DNA of 61,366 bases, the filler included, from Hausera hauseri (Eukaryota): assembly GCA_046269625.1 (NCBI GenBank). It is 11 parts of 11 records of this genome, joined end to end, with 100 filler letters (N's around TTAATTAATTAA, not from the genome) between each part and the next. Parts side by side here need not be neighbours in the genome. Positions count along the whole stretch, not along the records: positions 24,624 to 34,507 come from JBJURY010272174.1; positions 34,608 to 39,257 come from JBJURY010489243.1; 9 more parts are not named here. The stretch is one strand, 5' to 3'. Shown one piece after another: positions 24,624 through 36,681 of the stretch. The translations under genes were made by a program, and so were the position numbers. Below the pieces are notes generated by a model. It was not told the DNA's origin. It worked only from the letters and a program-made list of their open reading frames with translations, and searched no databases. Each line of letters begins with the position of its first letter. The first letter of the stretch is position 1.

Positions 24624-24720
24624 GAATTTTTTAATCAAAAATCGAATTTTTTAATCAAAAATCGAATTTTTTAATCAAAAATCGAATTTTTTAATCAAAA
24701 ATCGAATTTTTTAATCAAAA
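24624..24720 (+). repeat. Control-region tandem repeat, 20-bp unit ATCGAATTTTTTAATCAAAA, about 5 copies (cut by contig end)
   Basis: Exact periodic repeat upstream of trnI. Confidence 0.92.
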
Positions 24721-24822
24721 TTGAAAAAACTTCTTTAAACACATCAGGACCCCCCGGAGGGTGAATTTTTAAATTTCCGATTTCCTCCATATTGTATAAA
24801 ATCAGGAAAGTTAAATAAACAA

Positions 24823-24886
24823 AGCGAAGTGCCTGAAAAAGGATCATTTTGATATAATGAATAATAAATAAAAAATTTCTTCGTTA
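24823..24886 (+). tRNA. trnI: mt tRNA-Ile (GAT)
   Basis: AGCGAAG/CTTCGTT acceptor stem, TGCCTGA D-arm, GAT anticodon. Confidence 0.85.
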
Positions 24887-24887
24887 A

Positions 24888-24958
24888 GTTGTGAAGAATA
24901 GAAATTAGTCTAAATCCAAAATAATCAAAATATTTTATGCATTTACAACACTTCACAA
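24888..24958 (-). tRNA. trnQ: mt tRNA-Gln (TTG)
   Basis: TTGTGAA/TTCACAA acceptor stem, TTG anticodon, position. Confidence 0.85.
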
Positions 24959-25026
24959 AAAGATAAGCTAATTATTAAAGCTGTCGGGCTCATAACCCGA
25001 AAATGAAACTAAAAATTCTCTTTTTA
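24957..25026 (+). tRNA. trnM: mt tRNA-Met (CAT)
   Basis: TAAGCTAA..AAGCT D-arm, CGGG-CTCATAA-CCCG anticodon arm. Confidence 0.9.
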
Positions 25027-25995
25027 ATTAAAATAAACATAAATACCAGATTATTTTTATTTAATTTAACTTTAACAAGAGCAAATCTCATAATTTTATC
25101 ATCAAATAATTGATTTTTTTCATGAATTATAATCGAACTATGTCTATTTTCAATTATTCCTGTCATCTCAACTAGAAAAAAAATAAGAAATCAGCTAATA
25201 AAGTTCTTCATTATCCAGAGAACTTCATCATCTCTAATATTAACCTCGTTAATTTTAAATTCATTATCAACAATTAACACAATTACAATAAGACTTTTAA
25301 TTCTGAGAACCTCCATAAAAATAGGAATGGCCCCCCTTCATAACTGAATAATCACTTTATTTTCATCATTATCATGAACAAGATGTTTTTTAATAGCAAC
25401 TATTCAAAAATTCCCACCATCAATTCTTTTTACTCAAATAATCCCAATTAAGTCATCCCTAATAATTTTATGTTCATCAATTGTAATTAGATGTTTCCTA
25501 TCAATTAAACAAACATTACTAAAAAAATTTATTTCAATTTCTTCTATTAATACTACTCCATGACTTATTATATCAATTTATATCAGCAAAAGGCTATTTC
25601 TAATTTATTCAATCACCTATTCATTAATTATACTTATAATAACAACAACCGCCGAAAAAAAAAACACTATTAGAATTAAACAAATAACATTCATATCAAT
25701 CAAAGAAAAACTAATAATTCAATTTTGCATATTCAGAATTATGGGATTACCTCCCACAACAGGATTTATCCCCAAACTAATTATTTTACAAACTGTAATT
25801 AAAATTAATTTCTTCATATCGATTATTATAATTATTTCATCCACTATTATAATATTATCATTCATAAAATTCTCCTCAATTAATTTTTCAATTAATTCAG
25901 AAAAAAAAAAAATATCAACAAAGCTAAAAACAGGAAATGAAGAAATCTTATTAAATAATACTTTATTATTTTCAGCTCTACTTACAATAATTTAA
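25027..25995 (+). CDS. nad2: NADH dehydrogenase subunit 2
   Basis: ATT start after trnM; KFFIIQ, KMGMAPLHNW, MGLPPTTGFIPK; TAA. Confidence 0.93.
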
Positions 25996-26007
25996 TTAAT
26001 CGTAAGG

Positions 26008-26074
26008 AAGGATTTAGGTTAAATCAAAAACTCTTAGCCTTCAAAGTTAAAATTATCTTTAAAAATAAGCCTTA
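26008..26074 (+). tRNA. trnW: mt tRNA-Trp (TCA)
   Basis: TTAGC-CTTCAAA-GTTAA anticodon arm. Confidence 0.85.
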
Positions 26075-26138
26075 AATCTAAATCCTACAAAGAACCCTTT
26101 AAACTTGCAATTTAAAATCACATAATGAATATTAGACT
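26074..26138 (-). tRNA. trnC: mt tRNA-Cys (GCA)
   Basis: TTAAA-TTGCAAG-TTTAA arm on minus strand. Confidence 0.8.
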
Positions 26139-26141
26139 AAA

Positions 26142-26208
26142 TGATGAAAGATAAATTGAATATCATATAAGAATTTACAATTCTAAGCCTTTAATCGGCC
26201 ATCCCAAC
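26142..26208 (-). tRNA. trnY: mt tRNA-Tyr (GTA)
   Basis: TAGAA-TTGTAAA-TTCT arm; abuts cox1 ATG. Confidence 0.85.
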
Positions 26209-27744
<1,536 letters not shown>

Positions 27745-27746
27745 GA

Positions 27747-27810
27747 TTCAATGTGGCAGAATAGTGCTATGAACTTAAAATTCATATATAAAGGAAACCT
27801 TTTTTTGAAA
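27747..27810 (+). tRNA. trnL2: mt tRNA-Leu (TAA)
   Basis: TGGCAGA D-arm, ATGAA-CTTAAAA-TTCAT; lies between cox1 and cox2. Confidence 0.88.
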
Positions 27811-28486
27811 ATTAACTCATGAAACAAAATCAACTGCATAAACAGTACAAGACCTACAATAGAACAATTAATTTTCATACACGATCACACAATAATTCTA
27901 TCCATCATAATTAGATCAATAACTCTATTCATTATAATAAAATTAATAACAAATAAACTGTCAAATAAAATATCTACAGGAAATGAATCAATTGAAATTA
28001 TTTGAACTTCCATTCCAGCCCTAATCACCCTGATTATTGCCTTACCATCCCTCAAAATCCTTTACCTAATAGAAGAAATTATTAATCCATCACTATCAAT
28101 CAAAACCATAGGACATCAATGATATTGATCCTATGAATATTCCGACTTAAAAAAGAAAATTGAATTTGAATCATTCATTAATAAACAAGAAAACCCAAGC
28201 AAATTTCGTTTACTAGATGTTGATAATCGAACTATTTTACCCTCAATAACCCAAATTCGCATATTAATTTCATCATCAGATGTAATCCATTCATGAACTA
28301 TTCAACCCTTGGGAATCAAAATAGACGCTATCCCAGGACGAATTAATCAATCAAGTATAACTATTAAAAATGTAGGAATTATATTTGGTCAATGCTCAGA
28401 AATCTGCGGAACAGAACATAGATCTATACCAATTGTAGTAGAAAGTATTAAAATAAAATCATTCATTAAATGAATAAAAATATTTT
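27811..28486 (+). CDS. cox2: Cytochrome c oxidase subunit 2 (incomplete T stop)
   Basis: [37 protein letters not shown]. Confidence 0.96.
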
Positions 28487-28558
28487 CACTAAGTGGCCGA
28501 AAGGAAGCTATGGTCTCTTAAACCAATAAATAGTAAATTTACAAATTACTCTTAGTGA
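28487..28558 (+). tRNA. trnK: mt tRNA-Lys (CTT)
   Basis: CACTAAG/CTTAGTG acceptor stem, TGGT-CTCTTAA-ACCA arm. Confidence 0.9.
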
Positions 28559-28565
28559 AACCCAA

Positions 28566-28630
28566 TGAAAAGTTAGTTTAAAAAAAACATTTAAATGTCA
28601 AATAAAAAATAACTGCAAATTACTTTTCCA
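28566..28630 (+). tRNA. trnD: mt tRNA-Asp (GTC)
   Basis: TAGTTT..AAAC D-arm, ATGTCAA loop. Confidence 0.82.
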
Positions 28631-28737
28631 TACCCCAAATATCCCCAATAATATGAACCTATCTTATATTAATTATAACAACCACACTAATTACAATAGA
28701 AGTTAATAAACACTTCTCAATAAAAAAAAAATGATAA
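28630..28737 (+). CDS. atp8: ATP synthase subunit 8 (short, 35 aa)
   Basis: MPQMSPMMW start; ATGATAA overlap with atp6. Confidence 0.9.
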
Positions 28738-29381
28738 CTAACTTATTTAGATCCTTCGACCCATCATCATCAACCTCTTCATTAATAAACTGAGTATCAA
28801 TCTTAGCAGTATTATTAATCACACCAAAGAAAATATCCATATTAAAGTCACGATGACTAGTAATAGAAGATCAAATCTCAAAAAAACTAGTAAAAGAATT
28901 CAAAAGAATTACCCCAAACAAACAGATTCTTCTAAAAACAACATCGATATTTCTAATAATTTTAACAATAAACATTTTCAGAATTTTCCCGTATACATTT
29001 ACTCCAACCAGACATTTAGCAATTACCCTATCAATAGCATTACCAACATGAATTATAAGAATTATATTCATAATAATTAAAAAAACAAATGTATTTTTAT
29101 CCCACCTTCTCCCCTTAGGTTCACCTCCTATTTTAATACCATTCTTAATTCTTATTGAAACAACCGGAATTTTAATACGACCCCTATCTCTGTCAATCCG
29201 ACTAATAGCAAACCTAACAGCAGGACATCTAATTATAATTCTTTTAGGAACTAATAAAGAAATAATTTCAATTTTTATTCTACCAATTCAAGCAATATTT
29301 ATATCATTCGAATTAAGAATTGCTATAATTCAAGCATACGTATTTTCAACAATTAGAACCTTATACTCAAAAGAAAATTAA
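28731..29381 (+). CDS. atp6: ATP synthase subunit 6
   Basis: MMTNLFSSFDP, SHLLPLGSP, RPLSLSIRLMANLTAGHL, IQAYVF. Confidence 0.95.
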
Positions 29382-29384
29382 CTT

Positions 29385-30164
29385 ATGAAAAATCATCCAT
29401 TTCATTTAGTTTCAAAGAGACCATGACCAGTTTTATCTTCAGTTAGAACAATAATCTTAGTTACAGGCTTAACTTCATGACTTCATAAAATAAATATACT
29501 AATTATAAATATAGGACTCTTATCCACATCATTAATTATGTTTCAATGATGACGAGACATCTCACGAGAATCAACCCTTCAAGGCAACCACACAAATAAA
29601 GTAATTAAAGGAATAAAAATGGGAATAATCCTTTTCATTACATCAGAAGTTATATTTTTCTTGTCATTTTTCTGAGCATTCTTCCATTCAAGTTTATCTC
29701 CATCAATTTCAATCGGAATATTGTGACCACCAAAAACAATTAAACCCTTTAACCCAACCGAAATTCCCCTCCTAAATACAATCATTTTATTAACCTCAGG
29801 AGCTAGAATTACCTGAGCACATCATAGATTGCTAACAAATAAAATAAATCAAACCATAAAAGCAACGATTATCACAATTTTCCTAGGAATTTATTTCTCG
29901 CTTCTTCAATTAATCGAGTATAAACAATCTATATTTACAATCGCAGATTCAACCTACGGATCCACCTTTTTTATTACAACAGGATTTCACGGAATACATG
30001 TATTAATCGGAACAACTTTCATCTTAATCAACTCAGTCTGAATTAAAAAAATACACATCAACAACATTAACCATTTAAGATTTGAAACAGCCGCATGATA
30101 TTGACACTTCGTAGACGTAATTTGATTATTATTATACACCTCAATTTACTGATGAGGAAAATAA
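29385..30164 (+). CDS. cox3: Cytochrome c oxidase subunit 3
   Basis: HPFHLVS.SPWP, QWWRD, TGFHGMHV, WYWHFVDVIW. Confidence 0.96.
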
Positions 30165-30227
30165 ATTTCTCTTAGTATATTTAGTACACTTAACTTCCAA
30201 TTAAAAGGTTTTTCAGAAAAGAGAAAA
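30165..30227 (+). tRNA. trnG: mt tRNA-Gly (TCC)
   Basis: TTAA-CTTCCAA-TTAA arm. Confidence 0.85.
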
Positions 30228-30242
30228 GCCAAAAAAAAGGCT

Positions 30243-30593
30243 ATAAAAACAATTATTAAATTAATTCTATCAATTTCAGTAATCTTAATATTTATACTTA
30301 CCGCCACACAAATAATATCAAAAAAAACAAAGCAAGACATAAATAAATCATCACCATTCGAATGCGGATTTACACAAATATCTTCACCACGAAAATCATT
30401 TTCTATTCAATTCTTTTATATCGCACTAATTTTTCTTATTTTTGACGTAGAACTATCAATTTTAATACCAATAATTTTTTTCAACCTTATTTCAATAAAA
30501 GAATGAACAATTACCAGAACAATTATTGTTACAATACTTATTCTAGGATTAGCAGCAGAATGAAATAAAGGACTAATTGAATGAACAAAATAA
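30243..30593 (+). CDS. nad3: NADH dehydrogenase subunit 3
   Basis: KSSPFECGF, FLIFDVE, EWNKGLIEW. Confidence 0.95.
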
Positions 30594-30596
30594 ATA

Positions 30597-30663
30597 AAGG
30601 AATGTAGTTGAAAGAAAAATAACATTTACCCTGCAAGTAAAAATTGTAATTAATCCATTCTTA
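30597..30663 (+). tRNA. trnA: mt tRNA-Ala (TGC)
   Basis: TTTAC-CCTGCAA-GTAAA arm. Confidence 0.85.
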
Positions 30664-30719
30664 AGTGAATAGTAAAAATTAGTTTCGACCTAAGAAAAGG
30701 ATTTATAATCCACTCACTA
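30664..30719 (+). tRNA. trnR: mt tRNA-Arg (TCG), short
   Basis: AGTGA../..TCACT acceptor stem, TTAG-TTTCGAC-CTAA arm. Confidence 0.8.
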
Positions 30720-30726
30720 AAACAAA

Positions 30727-30789
30727 TTAGGAAAAAAAAATATTTACTGTTAATAAATAAAAGATAATTAAAAAAATATCCTCCTAAAA
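30727..30789 (+). tRNA. trnN: mt tRNA-Asn (GTT)
   Basis: TTAGGA/TCCTAA acceptor stem, ATTTA-CTGTTAA-TAAAT arm. Confidence 0.8.
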
Positions 30790-30844
30790 GAGTTTAAAAA
30801 ATTAGCTGCTAACTAAAAAAAAGCGAAAACATCGCTAAACTCTC
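30789..30844 (+). tRNA. trnS1: mt tRNA-Ser (GCT), D-armless
   Basis: AGAGTTT/AAACTCT acceptor stem, TTAG-CTGCTAA-CTAA arm. Confidence 0.85.
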
Positions 30845-30845
30845 A

Positions 30846-30914
30846 GTTTTACATAGTTTAAAAACTAAAAAACAATGTATTTTCAATACATAAATATGAA
30901 ATATTTGTAAAACG
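30846..30914 (+). tRNA. trnE: mt tRNA-Glu (TTC)
   Basis: GTTTTAC/GTAAAAC acceptor stem, ATGTA-TTTTCAA-TACAT arm. Confidence 0.87.
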
Positions 30915-30980
30915 TCCAAAAATGAAAAACCACTTCCCCAACATTTTCAATGTTAAACTCTTTAAATAAGCTAAATGAAC
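30913..30980 (-). tRNA. trnF: mt tRNA-Phe (GAA)
   Basis: TAGCTT..AGAGT D-arm, AACA-TTGAAAA-TGTT arm. Confidence 0.85.
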
Positions 30981-32601
30981 AAAAAAAAAATAAAACAAAT
31001 CAAAAAAGAAAAGAAACGAAAAAAATCATAAAAGAAAAAAAATAAATATAAACAAAAGAATTAAAATAAGAACCTAGTCAAATTGAAAGACCACGTAAAC
31101 CCCCAGAAACATAATATTCCATCCAAGTATATTCAATATAATCAATAAATAGAAAAAAAAAATAAACCTTCGAAGAAATAAACCCCAAGGAAAAATAGTT
31201 TATATTTAAAACAGAACTCACTATATCATAAAAATAACCAGAAAAAAAAAAGTTTTTAAAGTAAAAAAAGTAAAACCCCAAAATTAACAAAAATATATAA
31301 AAAAAAAAAGGAAACAACTTCAAATAAAAATCAACAACAAAAATATATAAATCCTCAAACATTCAAAATAAAAAAGAACCAAACATTAATCTACCTAAAC
31401 CCAAAATAACAACTGAAAAATTAATAAAACTAAAACAATAAAAATTCAACATACAAAAAAAATAAACCCTTCCAAAGAAAATATATAAACATAAACGAAT
31501 TCTATAAATTAAAGTAAAACCTAAGCCAACAAAAAAAAAAAAGAAAGTAAATAAATTTATTTCACTCAAAATTAATATTTCAATAACAAAATCCCTAGAA
31601 TAAAACCCACAAAAAAAGGGTAAACCACATAAACTTAATAAACCAACAAGAAAAAATGATCTAACAAAAGGAAAACAAAAAATAAAACAACCTATATAAC
31701 GAATATCCTGACATCCACCAATACAATGAATATAATATCCAGAACACAAAAAAAGAAGAGACTTAAACACAGCATGAACCAATAAATGAATAAAAGACAG
31801 GTCTATCAACCCCAAAGAAAGACTAAAAAATATAAAACCAAGCTGACTCAAAGTAGAAAAAGCAATTACCCTCCTAAGATCATTCTCAAAGCAAGCTCTT
31901 AAACCAGACAAAAAAATAGTTAATAAAGAAATAAAAACTAAAAAAAAAGAAAAGAAACTAGAAAAAAAAAAATCAAAACGAATTAATAAATAAACACCTG
32001 AAGTTACAAGAGTCGATGAATGAACTAAAGAAGAAACAGGAGTAGGAGCCGCTATAGCAACAGGAAGTCAACTACAGAAAGGAAACTGAGCTCTCCTAGT
32101 CAAGCAAGAAACTAAAACAAAAAGATAAACAACTAACAAATCTATGTCAAAAAAATCAACATAAAAAATAAAATGAAAAGAACCCCTATTAAATATCCAA
32201 AATAAACCAAAAATTAAAAAAATATCACCTAAACGATTAACAAAAATAGTTGTAAAACCCGAACTCAAAGAAACCGAATTCTGATAATAAACAACCAAAC
32301 AAAACGAAATAACACCTAATCCATCCCAACCCAAAATAATAAAAAATAAATCAGGAGACATAATAAGGAAAATTATACTTAAAATAAAAAGATAAACCAA
32401 AAAGTAAAATCGACTTAATCTTAAATCACCCCACATATAATCTAAGCTATAAATATAAACACAACCAGAAATTAAAAAAACGAAAGAAATAAAAATTAAA
32501 GACAACCAATCAAAATAAAAAAAAAAAGAAAAAAAAAATGAATTAATAAAAAAAAAAACTCACTCAAAAACCAAAACAAGATCAACAATATAAAAATAAA
32601 C

Positions 32602-32651
<50 letters not shown>

Positions 32652-32684
32652 AAAAAAAAAAACGAAACTCAAAATAAAACTCAC
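30981..32684 (-). CDS. nad5: NADH dehydrogenase subunit 5 (start uncertain: GTG 32684 needs a shift in the A46 run; GTG 32691 is in frame but overlaps trnH)
   Basis: LGWDGLG, NRLGD, SAQFPF.SWLP.AMAAPTPVSSLVHSSTLV, AFSTLSQLG, HAVFKSLLF; incomplete T stop. Confidence 0.93.
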
Positions 32685-32745
32685 TATTCACCCACAAAAG
32701 ATCTACAGCACCACAAGCCAATGTTTTTAAATAAACTAAATGAAT
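32685..32745 (-). tRNA. trnH: mt tRNA-His (GTG)
   Basis: ATTCATT/GGTGAAT acceptor stem, TTGTGG loop; lies between nad4 and nad5. Confidence 0.8.
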
Positions 32746-32749
32746 AAAC

Positions 32750-33820
32750 CTAAAAAAAGTAAAACAAATTAAGACCAATAAAATATACAGGAAATAAATG
32801 AAAAAATAAAACTATGAACTCATAAACCCTCACATTAATAAAACCAAATAAACCACCATTTAAACCATGAAAAGAAAAAGAAAAAAAAAATAAACTATAA
32901 ACAGCAGAAAAAAATAAGCCCATAAAAACCCCAAAAAATCTAAAAAAGCTTCAACTTAAAGTAGAAAAAACAATTATAACCTCAGAAAATATATTAACAC
33001 TCAGAGGGAAAGATAAATTTCTAACAGATAAAACAAAACCAAACAAACCTAAAGAAGGACAACAAGTTAATAAACCACGAATAACAAAAAAACTACGAGT
33101 TCCAAAACGATCATACAACAACCCAATAAAATAAAATATACCTGAAGAAACTAACCCATGAGAAATTATTATTAAAACAGAACCAAAAATTCCCACCCTC
33201 ATTAAACTAAACAGCCCACAAATTACCAAGCCCATATGACTAACAGAAGAATAAGCAATTAAAATCTTTAAATCTCTCTGAACTAAACAAACAATCCCCA
33301 TAAAAAAAAAAGTAAACAAACCAACTCTAAAAAAAAACCAACTAAGACTTAAAAAAAAATCAATTAAAAAATCAATTAAACGAAAAACTCCATAACCACC
33401 CAATTTAAGTATAACCCCAGCCAAAATTATAGATCCACCAACAGGAGCTTCCACATGAGCCTTAGGCAATCACAAATGAAAAAATATTACAGGAAACCTA
33501 ACTAAAAAAGCAAATAAAAGAAAAATTCCAACAATTTTATCCTCAATATTATAAGTAACAACATATCTAAACCCACCCAAATTATAATCACAAATAAATA
33601 AAAAAACTATTAAAGGTATAGAAGCAAATCCAGTATAAAAAAATATATAAAACCCAGCACTTAATCGCTCAGGCTGATATCCCCAACCAAAAATTATTAA
33701 AACAATAGGAATTAAAGAAACTTCATACATAAAATAAAAATAAATCAAATCAAGAGTTACAAAACCAGAAATTAAAATCAACAAAACAATTAAAGATAAA
33801 AAATTAAAGAAAAGTCTTTA
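32750..33820 (-). CDS. nad4: NADH dehydrogenase subunit 4, 5'-truncated by a junction to non-mitochondrial DNA
   Basis: GWGYQPERL, HLWLPKAHVEAP, KLGGYG, IAYSSVSHMG; TAG at 32750-32752. Confidence 0.93.
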
Positions 33821-34507
33821 AAAAAAATCCCAGACAGGGCAAATCTAAATGAACTACGAAGGCACAGATGTTTTGGCAATGTCTAAACTTCACAACAATT
33901 ACTGCTGCGTCTGATCACCATGTCAGAGCTGCTCACAGGATGTGTCCCGTCACATGTTTGCAGAGGGGACGCCTCACGGTGAGGAGGCGTTTCAAATCAG
34001 CTTTGGATCCAGTCAGCTTTAAAAGCTGGTTGACAATTTGGGTTTCCTTCCTGAAGAGGTAATAAATTATAGATGCATTGATGCTTGTTCAGCAAATTGA
34101 GGTGTTTGACTTTTAAAATTGTTCTTTAAAAAGCCGTAAATCCCTGATACCAAGGAATCTAAATGATCACTTTAATCAAATCTGTGAGAAACCTCTTATT
34201 TTAGCTGTTTAGGTGAAGATATGGTTTTTAATTTCCCTTTTTGTTTTACAGAAACACTTAAGCCGTTAGTTTCCTGCTTGTTGAAAAGGTGAGTTTATTG
34301 TGGTGAAGTGGTTTCATTGATGCGTATGAACAGTGTAGTGTGACAGTTTTGTGCAGCTTTAAAGAGTCCTGTCTCACACAATTCAAATCTTATCAACTAA
34401 TTTAAAGGTGCACCCTCTACTGGACCCCCCATTCTGATAAAATGATCCTTTATTGTTTAAACTGTGTTTTCATTGCAGGTCCTTCTTGTTCGATCATGGC
34501 TCGCGGC
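33821..34507 (+). other. Nuclear-type spliced sequence: 37-nt exon (34252-34288) and an exon from 34479 with ATG GCT CGC GGC (MARG...)
   Basis: Polypyrimidine ..TTTTACAG|exon|GTGAGT ... TTTTCATTGCAG|; composition unlike mtDNA. Too short to name the gene. Confidence 0.5.
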
Positions 34508-35079
34508 NNNNNNNNNNNNNNNNNNNNNNNNNNNNNNNNNNNNNNNNNNNNTTAATTAATTAANNNNNNNNNNNNNNNNNNNNNNNNNNNNNNNNNNNNN
34601 NNNNNNNAGTGAAACCCAATCTGCCGCAGAAATTCCTTTGTTCACAACCGAAATTTAAACAAATTCTTTCGCGCCAAATTCAAACTTTTGCACCTACCTA
34701 AAAACCATACAGTTCGCGTGCTTGTGTGTATCCACTTTCTGACTGTGTATCTCCTATCTCCGCCCTATTAATCGTGTATGTGTGTATCATTTTTTCTACC
34801 GCATGACTGATCCCGAACCATTTGGTTTCCTTCCTTCCCTGGGGGGGGGGGTATTGGCGCAATGTAGTCACATTTAGCTACTAACCGTAAAAACGACCCA
34901 AACTTTAAGTTTTTTCAAGGCTCACCACAACATAGTCACAGAACTCCAAAGACCAAACAAACAGAAGATCAGGCTACTCTCTCCTCGCATATGCAAAGGT
35001 TTTCAATCAAAATTCAACAAACTTAAAAATCTGGCATCATTCAGAGGTAAAAATCACTTGGGGGCTTACCATTACACGC

Positions 35080-36222
35080 CGTATCAAAGAAAGATGTTTT
35101 CTGGCATACTGTACACTTCCTTACCCAATTCTGCACATCTTTTCACATTGATGACCATGTAACTTGATGTTGGAGGCGAAAGGTAGCTCTGGAGCCTGGG
35201 TTGTGCAACAAATGAACGTTGTGAAATGCTGTTCTTTGCAAAGAAGATGGAAGAATGATTTTCTTGTATCCAGGTTTGGAAGCGTCGAAAGCTACGCCAT
35301 CAATAATTTCATAATATTTAAAGATGGAGACAATACTATTATCTGGTTGAATCTGTCTGAGTAACTCATTATAAAAAACAGGTGCAAAACTTATCGAGTC
35401 AACGATGCGCGACAGAAAATCTGCAACCAGATTACCCAATTCTGATATGTGAGTGATATTAAAGGAGAATGTTAATAGACATGCAATCTGTCTCTCTTGT
35501 TGTGGTGATATTGATTTCGTGTTTAAGATGCGGAGAAACGGTTTGTGATCCGTTTGTATGGTGAAAGTTCGTGATAGCAACAGATGTTTAAAGTGTTTTA
35601 CGGCTAAGACAATTACGATCAAAGGTGACATAGCGTTACTCTGGATCCGCAAATTTGCGTGAAAAAAATTTGTAAAGCACCGCACCGGCTGCTGCTGTTC
35701 AGGCATCGGTGGTGAGGAAAATAACGGCATCTGAATTGGATATGCCAAGTTTTTGACTGTTTTAAGATTAACCTTCAGTGATTCGTAGGAGTTGATTAAA
35801 TAATCAGTCAGGTGAATGAGTTGCTCCTTCTTCCCGGAGCTGAGTGAGGCAAAAGAGAAGTTAATGTCGACCAACGTGGTACATATTCGTGCATGAAATG
35901 AAGAATGCCTAAAAAGATCGCATTTGAGTGGAAGTTTTCGGCAGCCGTATGTTCTTAAATTGCGTGATGCAATCTTGTTGAGGTGAATGGCCAAATTGTG
36001 TAATGATACGGTTAAAAAAGGTAATTTTCTTTTGAAAAAAGGAGCATTTGGTGAAGTTCACTTCAGGATTGTGATATAATCACTGGAAGATTATTCGGAG
36101 ATTCTAAGAGTGTTGTTTTGGAGGATGACGCAATTAAAATGTCATCTATAACGGGAAGGCAAAGTCTAAGCCGGAAAGACCTGTGTCGATGGGACGTTGA
36201 AAGGTCTGTGTTAAATTGCGAT
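35080..36222 (-). mobile_element. pol: Gypsy pol fragment (RT 3' half, RNase H, integrase Zn domain), decayed
   Basis: TQTFQRPID, AVKHFKHLL..TIQTDHKP, NLVADFLSR, HNVHLLHNPG..CQK. Confidence 0.85.
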
Positions 36223-36681
36223 TTTCAGGATTTCTGATTAATTTAGAAATAGTTCGATGTTCCGTTGGGGCGCTTACAATTTTGGAAGTACTTAAGGTAT
36301 TTTCGATGGTGTTCATTGAGGAATTGACTAAATGATTCGATTGGGAAAAGAATGCATCTGTAGAGATAATGTAGGCATAAATAAATCAAATTGATGAACC
36401 AAAGTGTTCTTATCTTCTGACAAGGATTCACAATCTTCTTCCATTTACAAATAAATAATACTGAAATTCAGGAATGAAAAAAAAACAAAGTTAATTGAAA
36501 ATAAAAACTTTGATAGATGAACGTTACAGTGTAGATCAGACAAATACAAAAATAGTGTACATTTAAACGAAAGTCATGATAAACCGCTGAATAATTCACA
36601 ATAGTTACAAATTTTAGAATATTTAAACAAAACAGTTACAGATTTTAACAGTCCATTTTTCCTCCTAATGTGAGTACCACA

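Noticed and set aside
24624-24720. Regular 20-bp repeat resembling a CRISPR array
   Set aside because: No spacers; it is a head-to-tail repeat in the mitochondrial control region.
26008-26208. Mitochondrial tRNA rearrangement (trnC-trnW swap as in many delphacids)
   Set aside because: The order read here is the ancestral W-C-Y.
34841-35075. G11 tract followed by TGTAGT as a PPT/LTR start, and TGG-starting PBS-like motifs nearby
   Set aside because: Plausible, but no second LTR or consistent orientation could be established.
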